From the NCBI GenBank assembly GCA_040357565.1, contig JBDODJ010000018.1: a stretch of DNA of 64,000 nucleotides. One strand, written 5' to 3'. How positions within the stretch are numbered: the first letter of the stretch is position 1; each line of letters starts with the position of its first letter. Source of the stretch: Cercozoa sp. M6MM. Its lineage: Eukaryota; Protista; Endomyxa: Ascetosporea. The notes beneath the pieces are model-generated. The model was not told where the DNA came from. It ran no database searches and saw only the letters and a list, made by a program, of their open reading frames with translations. Made by a program: the position numbers and the translations under genes. This document shows positions 21,767 to 36,358 of this stretch, piece by piece.

Positions 21767-24700
21767 GTCCTCTCTGTGCAGTTGCACGCGAGGTGATGGA
21801 GCTGCAGGAAGAGCGTCGAGTGCTGTACGTGTTTGTACCTATGAGGACTGCGGATATAGATCATGTGTGACTGTGCCGTGTAGCTCGCCTCACCTGCGGC
21901 AGTACCGCCATCAGCTTCTCGTGCGGCCTATCTCGGTAGTTTTTATCGAGCCTGCTAGAACTCCTTGTGTTTACGTTTCTAAACAGGTCGGTTTTGCGGG
22001 CAAATATCGCAACATTGCCGTCAGTGTCGAGTTTAGACAGAATGGTGTTGCTCCTTTGTCTGAGAGTTTGTGGTTGTATCTCGGGTTTATGCCTTAGATG
22101 AGACCTCGGTCGATGCCGATCGTGCTGGTCTGCCGGTGCTGCTGTCACGTGGCAGTGGAGGTACACCTTGTGTTTACCCCCCACCCTCCGTACTCATTTC
22201 ATGTGTCCTTGCAGCCGAGTTGGTGCCGCAGCAGCGCACCTCGGTGGCGTACCACAACAAGAATCCTAGCTGGAATGGTACCAATTGCCCCCCCATGTCT
22301 TCCTTTGGTATTCCTTGTTCGAAACAGACGAGTTTAAGGTGCTGCTGCCGACAAATCTGACCGAGCACTCGCACTTGCTCTTCCGATTCACGTAGACCAT
22401 CTCCAGCGTGTCTGTCTGTATGTCCAGACATGGCATATGCGATGGTATCTGCAGCAAGGTGTCTTGCAAGTCGGCCAAGAAGCACGGTCACGAACTGATC
22501 GGTGCCGCGCTGATTCCGCTCGTCGAGCGCGGCGGTCTTATTCGATCTGGCCAACACGTAGCCTGCTCCTCCCCTGACCCTGCCTGCCCAGACCCATTAC
22601 CCTCTCCTCCTATGACGTAGCAACTGCCTGTGGCCACGGAGCTGCGTGAGCGCTACAAGCTGGGTATGCATACGATCCCCACACCTTTGTCCCCCATGTG
22701 GATCATGGATCATGGTCATGACGGGTACTTATGCGTTTGTGCGTACAGCGTACCAACGTCGCGAGCTGCAATTCTACCACCAAGGACGCGAGCTGTTCGA
22801 CGTTGAGATTGTGGTCGACAGCACTGTGATGTGCAACGACATCGGTGTTGTCGAGTTCAGCACCGGCTTTCCTGGCGACCCTGGTAAGACTCCTCTTGGC
22901 CATATGTAGCAATTTTGCCTCTGGAAGTACCCCTCCCCTCCCGTGCCACAGAGATCCAGCGATCGCCACAGGCGCACCTGCTGCTGCGAGACTGCGCCGA
23001 TGCGATCCGCAAGGCGAGCAGCGAGCGCTGCGTGGAGTTCCTGGCGCCGCTGCTGGACCACTTGCTGGCACTGTGCGCACAGCGACAGACAGAACCGGCC
23101 GTGCTATGCGCCTTCGATGCCGTGCTCTCTGTGGCCAAGAAGGTCTCGGCCTTTGAACCGAGTGATCGCGCCTTCCTGCCGCCTCGCCTGCGCGGTGCTG
23201 GCTGTCAGACACACTTGGCCTCGTACCTTGCCTCATACAAACCTCATATAGACATACAAGACATACATACATTTCTACATATGCTGGTGTTTATCTATGT
23301 TGATATGGCAGGTACGTGTCCAACCTGTACGGCTGGCAAGTGCCTCTGGCGAAGGAGCGTGCCATGTACACGCGTCTGGCTGGCGCCTATTTGCAGCTGC
23401 TGCGCTGGGAGTTGCACAAGGTGCTGCGCGCACGCCTGGCCGGCGAGGATCCACGACTGGGCCACATGGTCGACTTGGTGCAGGCCAGTACGTTAACGTT
23501 CGACCTGATCGTCAAGTCGCTCGCGCTGGACCGCGAGCAGGTGTCGGCGCAGAGTCACCGCGAGCGCCAACTGACGCTGCGACCGCTCATGGAGCGCGTG
23601 CTCTTCGTGCTTGGCGTCGTCATCGGCACCTTCGGACGTCTCGGTTTCCCGACGCTGCCGCTCAAGGGCGCCAATCTCAGTGTGGCACTCTTTCTCAGCG
23701 ACATCATGCGCGTCGTCGATCGCGCTGTCGTCGTTGCTCTCATGCGGGCCTATCTGGGAGGTGTCTTTTGCTATCCCCCACCCGCGTATGTGTTATGTAT
23801 ATTCCTTTGGATGATAGGTTTCTCGAGCTCGCTCGAGCAAGTAATGGACCGCTTCTCGTCGCTTGCTGACACGAGTGTGGACCTTCGAAAACTACTCGAT
23901 GGTAGGCCGAGACTGCAGGGTTGATGTCCTGTAGTACTCTTGTGTGTATGGTGTGCATGTGCTCCTGTGTGCAGAGACGCATCAGTTGCCGCTGGAGATT
24001 TTCAAGCAGTCGACCGACGCGCTGGTGCAGGAGGAGTTCTGGCGCGACCTTGAGGAGTGTATGGAGGACACGCAGTCGCTCACGCGTGACAGTCAGGCCA
24101 TCGAGTTTGGTAAGGGGTTTTCACTTTTATCTTGCTATGCACTCTCATATATACACAGGCATTGAGTTCTGGAAGACCTTCCTGACAGCATACTCGGCCA
24201 AGGAGTTCGTGCGCTGGCACCAGAGTACGGAGACGGTGAAACTGCTTGAGAACTCCACCGTGCGCGATCAGTGGCAGCGTGACTTGTATGTTTCCTTTAT
24301 CCCTACCCCTGTATACACGTGTTTTGTGTACGTATGTGTATGCGTATGCATGTCTTGCGCAGCCCGCTCGCGTTCTACTTCTGCCAGTTCTGCGTGAAGA
24401 ACATTGGCTCGTCGCACGTGGTGTCCACGCAGAACCAGCACGCACTGATCGACCTGGTGCGCTTCGCTATGCTGCGCGCCGACGTTGACGACTCCGTGGC
24501 CGAGCCGGCGCTCCACACGGCGGCGTGCAACCTCTTCTTCCCTCTCATCCTTCTGTTCGACGACTGCTCGCAGCATGACACGGTACACCTATCCCCTCTT
24601 TCCGTTTACCCCTCCTTTACCCCCCACACAGTGGGACCACCAGGCGCAACGCAACTTCCAGATCATTATTCTGCAACTGTTGCGACACGCCGACCGACAG

Positions 24701-27700
24701 CTGTACCTTTGCTGTGTATGAATTGCTTGGGCGAGTACAAAATGGGTGTCTTGTGTGTTTTGGTAGCATCCGTTCCTACCTGGTGCGTCTGCACGAGCAA
24801 GGACAGGCGGCTTCATTCCTGGCCTTCTTGATCAAGACGCTCGGCCTGTTCGACTACCGTGGCGCCAACGACTCCACCAGTTTCTCCAGTGTTGGTATCG
24901 ACACCCCTCGCACCTTATATCCTACTGTTATCCCTCGGTGTGTACCACGCAGCTCTCAAGTCGAACCTGTCGCCGGAGGCGCTGCAGTCGTTGCTGTTCC
25001 AGAACGATGGCTCGTCGATGCAGACGGCGTCGTCGCTCAAGACGGAGCTCGAGTCGCTGTCGCTCGTGAATCTGCGCGGCACGATCGGACGGCAGCGCGG
25101 CGTGTCGCTGCGGCGGCTGCGTCGTGAGCAGCAGCAGTCGCTGCGAGGCCGGCCGGATGCGCTGGGCTCAACGGACGCCTCGAGCGGCGGCGGCCGGGCC
25201 AGCTCGGCGCGCACGCGCACCTGGAAGCGCGGCTCCAAGTTCAAGGGCGGAAATACACTCAAGAAGATGTCGGGCGACGCCATCAGCGACGTCACCATGG
25301 CCGAGGCGCAGCTGGCGGCTTGCGTGCAGCGCACCGTGCTCCGCGTGCTGGTGGACTTCCGCGAGGACATCGAGGCCGAGCTGCGTGCCTGTCGTCCGCG
25401 CGTACAGCCCGAGGCGTCCGCTGTCGACTTTGGCAGCGATGCCGGCTCGGTGCAGGTGGCGCTGCAGCTGCTGTCACTGTGCGTGGAGCTGCTCAAGGTG
25501 AACGCGCCCGACGCCGTGCTCATGGACACCTACCCGGCCGTGAAGCTCGTGCTGTCGACGTGCGCCAAGCTCTTCTTCGGCTTCCAGGTGTTCTACCCGA
25601 CGATGCGCGAGCTGGTGCGACAGGCCGTGCGACACTGCTCGTTCGTGAACCCAAACACGCGCTCGATGGCGGCCTCGCTGCTGTACTCGGTGGCCAAATT
25701 GTGCCAGATAGAGCTGCGGTCGCTCGTGCTGTTCGAGGATGCCGTGACCCTGTGCCTGGCTGATGATGTGCTCAGCATGTATGGCTACTCGCTGCACTAC
25801 CTGCAGCAATCACTTCAGTCGGTCGAACTCTTCCGCGAGCAGGACAAGGACTCGGCGCTCCGCAATGCGCAGATTCGCTTTGAGGTACCTACCCCCTACC
25901 TACATACCTACATACCTACCAACTCCCTACCTACATACCTGCCTATCTGCAGTACAAGCAAGCGCTGAGTGCCGTCATGCGCAAGGTCGTCACGATCTTT
26001 GACGATGCGCGGGTACGTTAACCTCTCTGTGTATAGGTATATGTTCCTATGGGTTTGCGTGTGCAGGCCATCCTGAAGCAGGAACTGCTTGCTGCTGATC
26101 GTGCGGATCCGGCCAAGCTGCAAGAACTCATTGTTGCCATGACGCAGACCTACCAGGTAGCCCTTCTCCCTGTCCTCCCAACCTAGAGGGAAAGGTACAC
26201 CCTAATGTTTGTGCGGTGTGTGGTAGCACTTGCCGGATGTGCGAGTGGCGTGGCTGCGCAACCTGGCGCGGCACCACCATACGGCTCAGAACTTCCCGGA
26301 GGAGGCACAGTGCTGGCTCGAGATCGCCGACCTGGCCGAGCAGAGTATGCGCGCCGCCTCCGCTCCTGTGGTGGCTGAGGCTACGCAGCCGACCTCTCCG
26401 GTCGCTCGTCGGCAGGCCAAGAAGGGCCCGCCGGTGGCCAGCAAGCTCACCGAGGACCCCGAGGACGTGCTGGTGATGGCGTTGCAGCGCGCATGCGACG
26501 CCTTCGAGGCCGCCAACATGCTGGAGACGGTGGACGCGACGTACGCGCGCATCCTGCCGCTGTACCGTCGTCGCGGCGCGCTGAAGGAGATGTCGCGCTC
26601 GTTCGGCACGCTGCAGGCCGTGTTCGACCGACTGATCGGCTCGCTGCGCTCCATCGAGCAGGCCGGCCAGCAGGCGCCGGTGGGTTGCGCGGCCTGTCAC
26701 GACGCGCGCACCTCGCTCGCGAGCTACTACCGCGTGAGCTTCTTTGGCGAACGCTTCGGCGCCGAGAACGGCGTCGAGTACATCTACAGTGTGCCAGGCC
26801 TGACGCGACTGTCGGAGATTACGAGCGACCTGCGCTCGCGGTACAGCAAGCAGCTCGGCGTGCCAGTGCGCGTGCTGGGCTCATCGGCGCGCTTCGACCC
26901 AACCACACTTAAGGAGGACGAGCACGTGCTGCAGATCACGTACGTCAAGCCGTACTTTGCCGACGAGGACTGCATCGACGAGGACTTTGCGCCCTTCTTC
27001 GCGTCGTGGCGTCCGCGACCGTGGCTGGCGTCGTGCACCAAGCTGTCGGCCTTCTCGTTCTCGACACCGTTCACGCAGCAAGCCAACGGACGTGCGCATG
27101 CGGCCGACGTGACGCAGCAGTACATGCGGCGCACGGTGATGCGCGTGGAGCACGAGTTCCCGTACTTGCAGACGCGGCAGCGTGTGGTGACGCGCGAGGA
27201 GCACGAGCTGGACCCGATCGATGCCGCCGTGGCGAACCTCGACTCGCAGGTGCGGCGCCTCGTGTCGCTGCTAAAGGACCCGTTGTGCGACACCAAGGTG
27301 CTCACGTCGCTGCTGTCGGGCTCGCTGCTGCTGCAGGTGAACGGCGGCACCAAAGAGATTGCCGAGCTCTTCTGGCGACAGGAGAAGGGCGAGCCCATCT
27401 TTGATGTCGACCGACTCAAGGTGCTGCGTGCCAGCATCCGACGCTTCCTTGATGCCATTCAGGAGGGTGTGGCTGCCTACAAGAAGCACAGGTACCCACT
27501 CGCCCATTCCTTTACGCCTCCTTCTTGTCGTTGTGACTAGTGATTGACTGTGCTATGTAGCGGTGCGACACCAGAACTGCTGCATGAGTACGAGTCAAGC
27601 TTCTCCTCTCTTTCTGCCACTGTACGTTGTGCCCACTTGCGTTTTACGAGCCTACTTTGTTTTGTTGGAGATAAATCGCACTTTCTTTCCCTTCGTCAGG

Positions 27701-27750
27701 TGATGCGAATCGTCAAGAGCGGCGGTCGCAGAAAAGCGCGTTTTGAGTAG
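19730..27750 (+). CDS. DOCK-family Rho GEF, DOCK-C/D (zizimin/SPIKE1-like)
   Basis: DHR1/C2: SVAYHNKNPSWNDEFKVLLPTNLTEHSHLLFRF. DHR2: PDVRVAWLRNLARHH, YYRVSFFGERFG, QITYVKPYF, FSTPFT..GRAHA, FPYLQTRQRV, LSGSLLLQVNGG. Confidence 0.95.
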
Positions 27751-28216
27751 ACACTTATGCGACAAGACCAAAAACAACTCAGTGCAGCAAACTTAACGAA
27801 ATGAAAGTTAAGCATGCATCGACGCGCGCACATTATCATGACCGGAGGCGACGCAACCAATGCGATCGACGTTAATTACTTTAACGTTGACTTTAGTTAC
27901 ATTACGATATCATTGCCGTTCGTTGGTGGATTAACCGGCACATTAAATCGCCTCATTGACAGAACGGAACAAGACCCCGCCCGCACACCTCAACTCGTTC
28001 CAGCCTGAGGTATGCGTCAGTTTTCGTATTCGATTTTGATGCCCAGACCATTGCATCTTGCCAGTAAATTTACAACCATGTGCTCTTTTGTTCTCCTTGC
28101 GTTTCTTCAAAATCGACCGAAAAAAGCGAAAAAACAAACTGAACTGACAAGTTTGAGCTGCTATACGTCCGCCACGAACTACAACGACGATAGGGGTTAA
28201 CCGGTAGAGCTGAGGT

Positions 28217-30613
28217 ATGGTCAGCAGCAGGCCACAGACATCGTTCTCTACGCGAGTCAGCAAGAGGAATTTTCCCCAGCGTCCAGAGACTTCGCGAGCA
28301 CGTTGTGGCAAAGCGGGTGGAACTCCAGCGCGTCGGGGATCTTTCGGTGTCGTTTCCCCCAAGCCCGCTTCTTTAGTTCAGAACGATGCGCACCAAACTT
28401 TGACAAAACCTACGAAGGCTTCATCTGCAGTCGAAAACCGCGACACCTCTGCTCTCTCCAGCCACCAAGAACTGCAAAGAGTGGCGGACACAATCAGTCA
28501 GTTACACAAAGAAAGACAAAGTGCTGAGAACGCAGTTCAGATCGGCGAGAACACACTGACGCACCTCTCCAATGAAAACCCCTCACACTCAACCTTTCAA
28601 TTTGACGAAGACAGGCTTGGGAACGAACCCGAGCTTTCGCGACCACCTTCTTCTGCTTCGCACAGTAGCTTGTCCTCGTTGGCACCTTCAGCTGTCACAA
28701 CAGAATCCAGAGTGTCGTCTTTGCTGGATTACCTTGACAAGGTCGACTCTGAAACCGCAGCAGACTACGATTCGGTGAAAAATAGTCGCTCTGCAGGAAC
28801 GATGCCGTCGTCGACTGGTGCTTCCGCCCGAGTGACAGCTGGTTTCACACAGTTTTGCGAGCGAATGAAAGCAAAGATTCGGTCGCTCAACTCGGAACTC
28901 GCCGAACGCGGAGCTGTGATTGAGTCGCTACGACATCAACTCGGGTCCATCAAAGAGATGAATCGCGCCGCCGAAAAGAATCGCATTGCTGAGCATAAGC
29001 ACGCCCTCGAAGCAGCAGGACGACAGCACGCCTTGTCGCTCGAGAGGTATTCACAGAACATTGAATTGGAGTCCAAAAAACACCAGTCTTTTACGGATCC
29101 AGGCACGTAGAGATGTCGAAAAAACTGTCCAGTCAAAACACACAACTTGTGAACAAAATTGAGCAGCTATCACAGAAGCTTGTCGAAACTCAAGAACAAT
29201 GTAAGAAACAGCTGGAAAAATGCCGAGCTGACCATGCACGAGCCTTGCGCAATCAAAAGCGCGCCCTACAAGCAGCGGCAAAGGTGGGCAGAGGTGAATG
29301 GGAGCGCCGTCGCGAAGCTGAGATTAAGGAAAAGACGGTGAAAAGTCTTGAGCCTGAACTGGAGCGCATGATGGCACAGCACAAGACGCAACTTCGTGCT
29401 TCTGACGAAGCGGCACAAGACGCACTGCGCCGCCAACGTGCCTCTTTGGAAGCTGCGCACGAACAGCGCATTGCCGAGATTCGTCGCGAAACTCACGAAG
29501 AGCTCGAGCGCTCGATTGTGAAGGAGGCTGCTGCCGCTGCAACACGAGCACGAGAGCTGCAACAACGCGCGGACGATGACGCAGCCGAGCAGCGCGAGCG
29601 AATGAGAAACGCGTTTGAGATTGAAAGGGAGACATGGCACGCCGAGCGAGAGCGCGAGCGCGCAGCAGCGGCCGATGCACTGAGCAACCTACGGCAGCAG
29701 TTTGAAGCAGATATGCAAGACCTCCGGCGACGCCACTCCGAGGAATGTGTGGCGCTTCGCCGACAACTCGAACAAGAAACAGCAGCTATGGAGGCTAGAT
29801 GCTGCATGGAGCAAAAGAAGTTTGAAATGACACTGCGCAATCGGATCGAGAAAGAAACTGCCGACGAACGCAGCAAGATACGTGAAGCACTCCTTGCCGA
29901 GAGGGACGAAAAACTGCGCACCGTCGTCAAGCAACTCGAAGAAGAGGTTCAACTCGAGCGTATCGCTCTGCAGAAGCAATATTCCCGCGATCGCGAACAA
30001 CTCGCAGCAACGCATGAGAGCGAGTTGCGCCAGTTGCAGCAGAAGGTATTATCTTGGCGAGATTCACATCTTGTTTCAAGCGTGTACCAATTAATAGAGT
30101 TGCTTTTCCGTACTATAGCTGCACTTCTGGAGCAAAAAATGCGAGGAAGAAAGCGAGGCAGGCAAGCTAACAGCTAAAGAGTTAGCGGCAGCACGCGAGC
30201 GAGTCACACGCCTTGAAAGCGTCATCCGCGACAAGACACAAGCGACGAACGAGCTCCGTGAGCGATTAGAGCGTGAGCGCGAGAACTGGCGCACTATTAG
30301 CACACAGCACCGCGAACAAGCGCAGACAAAACTCCAGCAAGCCGAACAGCAGTTGCGTGTGCTGGGACAGCAGAAAACGGACATTCAGACTCGCTGCGAG
30401 GAAGCCGAGATGTCAGCGCAACAGCAGGTGCGGGAACAGGAACAGCGACACGAAAGACAGCTCGACTGCATTGAGACACGCTTTAAGCAGAGTCTTGCAC
30501 GCAAGGACGCCGTAATCGAGCGACTACGCGACGAGCTGGCATGCCTGCGGAGCGATATAACGGCTCGCGACCAACTATTCTGCCAACGAGTCGAAGAGCT
30601 TGACGCGAAGTAG
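28217..30613 (+). CDS. CEP131: CEP131/AZI1-like centriolar-satellite coiled-coil protein (2 introns)
   Basis: SLLDYLDKVD, LERHVEMSKKL (via 56-nt intron 29047-29102), EWERRREAEIKEKTVKSLEPELERMMAQHK, ERDEKLRTVVKQLEEE, RFKQSLARKDAVIERLR. Confidence 0.75.
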
Positions 30614-31279
30614 TGACGCCGTTTTAGCAGGTTGGCTGCAGTACATTCCAATACAGCACCACTCAGGCTGGTTGGCGGACTCGGCGGTGACTACTGTGCT
30701 GCCAACAGTATTTTCTTTGTGATCGATACTGATACAATCCTGCTATTTTTTAAACAATTATTCTGGCCGTGTGACCGAGTCAGCGATCTCTTTGCAAGTG
30801 AGCGTATGGCTGAGTGCTGAACACAGTGAACACGTGTACATAGTGCTGCCGGGTTAGACACGTGCAAGGAGACCAGAGAGCACATCACGACTCTCAAAGT
30901 TGTCGGAGCTGCAGAAGCGGTCCGTTGTAACCGACAACCTTCCCATCATCGCGGTTAGGCTCGATCGTATCGCTAGGCGGTTTCTGTTTCTATCCCTGAC
31001 GGGGAAGGTGTTCTGAATTACTTGTTATTGTGATTAGGCGTGTGGAAAGACGCATAGACGAGACAAAGAGAACGGTTTGCGGATGATGACCGACGGTTCG
31101 GTCCCTGAAGGCGGAGGGGGCAATGGCTCCAGTAGTATCGAAAAGGGCGTACACGTGGCACGTTTCAGCGCTATGGTTCGAAGAGCACGCCGCAATGAGG
31201 TGCACTATTGTCAGTGAGAGGTTGTGTCATCTAAGTGCTACACACCTCAATGAGTGCGTTGTAGCTCCTGCTGCGTCGA

Positions 31280-34200
31280 ATGAGCAAATTCGCCACACGC
31301 CTCGCAGTGGCCGAGGAACTCCACGCAGGTTCATTTTCGCGAACACTTCAATTCTCTGTCACTTTGTTGAGCTGCGTAGAGAAAGTGAACAACCTGGTCG
31401 AAGCTGAGCTTGCGAGATTGGTAGCTTTGGCTCGACTCGACTGAGTGTTTATTTATAAGTGTTCATGCCTGTGTCTGCAGGAAGTGTCGGAGGAGGCGTT
31501 GCGGGGAGAGACGGACCCGGCAGGACTGTGGTCGCAGGAGTCGCCACTGCACCGGCACGTGCTATCTGTGCTGCGTGCTACCCGTGGACAGGTGTGTTTA
31601 CGCTACCCCCACTCCCAGTAGGAGACCTGGATGTTGCTTTCCGTCCCTCTGTGCAGGCATCCGAGGTGGCGGCTTATGCCAAGGAGTTGACAAAGTCAGT
31701 CAAGGAGGCTATGCAGGCAGTTGAGTGAGTTATCCTCTCTGTCTGTATGTATTTCCCCCTGGAGCATCACTCTGAGTTACAGGGCCCAGCGAGCCTCACA
31801 AGAGAGTCTGTCGACGCAGTGGCGCACCTTTGAGCGTACCTTGTTTGTGTCACCCTTCTTGCCTTGGTTTGTGTATACCTGTGTGTGTGCAGGTCATCGG
31901 TCACAGCAGCAGCTCCACGTGGCGCAGTCCGAAAGGGTACTGCCTGTGTACGCATATACACGTATATGCCTGTGCGCGTATGCATATACATTATATGCAC
32001 GCACAGGCCACACTGAAGGCCTACCTGAAAGCGCAGCACTATCTGCACAAACTGCACCGCATTGGTGACCCATTACTCATGGTACAAAAGACATGTACAC
32101 AGCATCTCTGTGCCTGTATTTGGGCACATCTGAGTAGGAACAGAGCGTGCTGCAGTCGCTATCGCCGGTGCCGCAAGCTGCGCGCAACGTGCGCCGTCGC
32201 GAGCGGCCGGATATTCCGTTCGACGACGCCGAAGACGAACAGTACCGAGTTCATATATACCGTACATATGTACCGTCGGTATGTACCCATGTACACGCCT
32301 TTAGTATGACAATGGCTGTGCCGCGCAATCGCAAGAAGGCGGCGCACGCGTGTGCCAACTATGCCGTCGCTCTCGATGATGTAGCACTCACTCTGGATTT
32401 TGTTCCGTGTCTTTACCTTCTTTACCTGCTACCCTCACCACACATAGTTGAGAAGCAAGGCGGAACAGTTCCATCGGCAAGACTTGCCTCGTGCGCTGGA
32501 TGCACTGCGCAGCTGGGACGCCAACGTACTCTCTGCCCTTGGTCTTTGTGTGCATAAGTGTATCCTCACTGTATACCGGCAGAACTGCGAGTTGACGGGC
32601 TTGTTCCTCATGCTACTGCAGCTGTGTGGCAAACGACGAGCAGAGCGAAACCGCGTCGGCATGCAGGTGGTCTCTATGGGCATGGAATGACATAGGGAGA
32701 TGAGGCATACTTTCGTGCGCACACAGGGCTACTCCAACACGAAAGCACCAGAGCCAGCGACCGACGCGAGTGCCGACCTGGCCGTGTGGCTACAGCAGCA
32801 GGAACAGCAACATATGCAGGCAGGCGAGATCACGCCGAGCGAGTTTACCACTTCAGTGTGGTACGCGTCCTTCTCACTCTCTGTATGTGCACATAGACAC
32901 ACTACCTGTGTGTCTGCGTGTTGTACTGTGGCAGGGCGGCAGCCTCGACGGCTCCTGCAGCCGATCAGATCGACGACACGATGCAGCGTTGGCGACTGGA
33001 CGAGCTGTCGTACGACCTGCCATTGCAGCCCGAGCAGCTCAGCCCTGAGGTGGCCGAGGAACTCGCCGCCGCCACGGCGCTGGCGCAGTCGAGCTCCGCT
33101 CCGTCCACACCGTCGACACGGGTACCTCCCTCCCTTGCTTCTCTCCTGTACGCGATTCCCCTTTACCCCCTCGCGCCCAGCAGAAACACAGCGGTGACAA
33201 GCGGCGGTGGCTGCGGTCCTGGCGCTCGACACATTCGCATGATAGCAGCGGCGCTGCCACGACGAGTGCCACTGAATGTACCTTAGCTGAGACACACCTC
33301 TAAGACCACTCGTCTCTCTTTGAACAGCAGACATGCACTGTACGTAGGCATGACACTGGACGCCGCAATGTCGGGCCTGTGCGGTGATGCGTTCAGTGTC
33401 TTCCTGCAGCGGCATGTGTGGTACTGGACCCTTAGTCGCCCCTTGCATTGCAGGTGTACGACCTGAGTATCTCTGCAGCGCCGAGAACCTCGAGTTCCTC
33501 ACCGAGGTCCGACACTTTCGCGCGGCTCCCGACGCCGCGAAGGCCACGGCGCTGTACGAACGCTACATTCGTACCGACGCTAGCGACCACGTCAATATCA
33601 GCGCGGAAGCGGTACCTCCAAGCATTTCTCTGCACGCGTTTCTCTGCGTGTGCCTAGCTCCGGTAACACCGGGATGTGTGCAGGTGTACCAAGTCGAGAG
33701 TCGTCTCGAAGGTGTCATCGATGGCACCGACGACGTCGTGCCGGGTGACGTCTTCGACCCAGCCATTGCGCAGGTGCGAGCCTTGTTGCGCACCGACTGC
33801 TTGCCCAAGTTCATGCGCTCGCCCGAGTACAAACAATACCTGCGACTGGTACATCGCACTGTACGCATCTGTGTTTTTCTGTTTATCTTACTCCCTGTGT
33901 TTGTGTAGAGCAACCGAGAGATGTCATCTGATGGAGCTGCTGGCTATGAGTCTTCGAGCAAGGCTAAGAAAAAATGGTTTAGTCTCCGACGAAAGTCACG
34001 TTCCGACCGAGTCAGCATGCACGACGTCGAGCATATCCTCGAACTGGTTCCGAAATAATCAAGTATCATTTTTGTTGGGGAGAAGTTTTTTTGCTTTTTG
34101 TAGCCGGAGGAGGGCACACGGCGAGGCACTGAGAGCGTAGGGGTAATTTTGCGTGTAATCACACTCTGTGCGCTACACCTGTTGTTTCGACAGGAGACAA

Positions 34201-34331
34201 GCGTTTCAGTCTCCACATCGACAGATGACAATTTGTCGCTCACGGCTTTTTTGCAAACAACGTCACCTGAGTCATCTGGTAGAAAATCGGCGCCTTCTTC
34301 CTCATCGAGTCAGCGGCACAGAACAGCGTAG
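31280..34331 (+). CDS. RGS-domain protein with an N-terminal helical (F-BAR-like) region
   Basis: RGS: FSVFLQRHVCAENLEFLTEV..F, LYERYI, DHVNIS, FDPAIAQVRALLRTDCLPKFMRSPEY. N-terminal ACANYAVALDDLRSKAEQFHRQDLPRALDALR resembles the F-BAR helix-4 pattern. Confidence 0.8.
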
Positions 34332-34593
34332 TGCTCTGCCGCTCAACTCGCGCACTTCAACGTTTTCGCTTCGGTGCTCTGAGTTAACCGACCAATATGC
34401 TCAGCCGGTCTTGGTGGATCTCCGTTCCGCTTCGCTTCACTCCCGACCAATTCGATTTATTATTCGATTTTAATATGAATAAGTAAATCAAATGAATGAT
34501 ACGATCAAAGAAAAACAGACGGGAAGAGCTGGAGACCAAACGTCCTTTGCTTGCGCCACGCACAGTTGTCGGCGATGCCAGGCAATTGCGTGT

Positions 34594-36002
34594 TTAGTCG
34601 CAGGCGGAAGACTCAGTCTGGACAGTAGCAGGATCGTTGTCCTGAAGTCCATCAGGAGGAGCACAGTTCTCTGCGAGTCGAGAAGAGGTCGCCTGGTGAG
34701 GAGCAGATGCCATGCCCATGTGACTGGGTAGCGCAACGATGGCGTTGGTGGATGAGCGACGAGTCAGCGATTCCGCGTGCTGCTGGTCGAGGCGTTGTGA
34801 GAGTCCAACCACTCGTCGTTCCAACTGCCCACAATATTCGTTTGGCAGAACTGCCCTTCCGACAAGAAGAAACCAAAATGGTACGGCAAGTATCCGCGCC
34901 ACCAGCGGCTGCACCGAATTGGCTACGGCACCTGCCACTAGGTCGGTCAACTCCTATCAAAATCCCAGGCATAAAGACAGACAGTAAGAAACATGGGGTG
35001 GGCTGGGGTGGACGGGGGCACCTCCTTGGTGAGTGACATGGCAGAGGACGTGTTGTCGGGTGTCGCACCCAATGCGAACCGACCGAAAACCGAACGTGAG
35101 CGACGCTTCGGAGGTGGACTTGTCGGCTGTACTCGAAACACACGGTGACCAAGCGGCATGGGAAAGCGAGACCTCGAGAGGAGACAGAGCATACATCGTA
35201 GGTGTGCACATTGTGAATGCTGGGAGCCTGCTTCTTCTGGGCGGAGGAAACGATCGGTGACACACGCTCATTGGGTGACGCCTCGACTGGCATGTTGCGT
35301 GTGCGGCGTTTTTTGGTGCCCAGTCGCACGCGCACCGAGCCCGGCCGAGGCTACACGCCCACAATCCAGAAGAAGCCCACACACGCACATGCACAACATG
35401 CCAGTACCCGCGACTCGTCGGCTCCGGCATCTAGTGCACTCGGCGTCGTCTCTGCGTTGTCTTTGTGTTGTCAACACACATCGATCGGAACAGAGTGTCA
35501 ACCATCAGTCACAACCGACGTAGATCTACCAGAGGTGTTGCAGTCGCTGTGCACAAGTGGCAACAAGGTGTGACTCACCTCTGCCTCAAAATCCGCCGAG
35601 TCGCCTGATTCTGCACCAGCACAGACACGCGTAACTGCAACTTCAGATGCCATTTGCATCAACAACACACCAGATGGCACTCCAGCCGAGCCGAACATCA
35701 GAAGTTTCTGGAGTGGCAGCTGCGCGCGTGCCTTTTCAGGCAGTTGCGCCCTATGTGCATGCAGATATACACACAGATCCCTGTAATTCGCGTGACTAGC
35801 ACACAGAGTATAGAGCATGCGTACCACAGATTCAGCATGTCCTCACGCAGGCTTTGCACATCATCGCTCATGGCACTGGCTTGTCTCAATAATAATAAAT
35901 AAGCACGAAAAGGACACCCACACAGTATAGTGCCCGTGCAGCTGGCGATCAACGATGTGCTACGTCCACACACAGTCTGCACACACAGATTGTCTAGTCA
36001 TG
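34594..36002 (-). CDS. Hypothetical multi-exon protein
   Basis: Several open segments separated by intron-like GT..AG stretches; no family recognised; ends approximate. Confidence 0.35.
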
Positions 36003-36358
36003 CCTTGCCGTTTTTTTGTTTTTGTTAAGGGAGACGTCAAACCAACACCGCGCTACCAGACTACAGCACCTGTTGTTACTGTAGTATTGTAAGACACAGC
36101 TGCTGGCAGGAGCCCTAGGGTTGAAGTTACTGAACGCAACACTGTGTCATCGCTAATTCTAAAGTCCGAGTGGAAGAAAAAGCACTAAACGTGATATGTG
36201 GCGACGGTTTCAAGCACCAAGAAGCTAACCCGCAACGTCAACCCGATTCTGTAAGCCAGCTGCATGTGCGGCTTTGCTTGCGCAGTGTTCAATGGTACTT
36301 GTCAAAATCGGTTTGTTTTGGCACACTGACTCTGGCACTGGCAGAGTGTGTCGCATTG

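Noticed and set aside
29047-29113. Stop between the two CEP131 ORFs (possible frameshift or pseudogene)
   Set aside because: Resolved by a 56-nt GT-AG intron.
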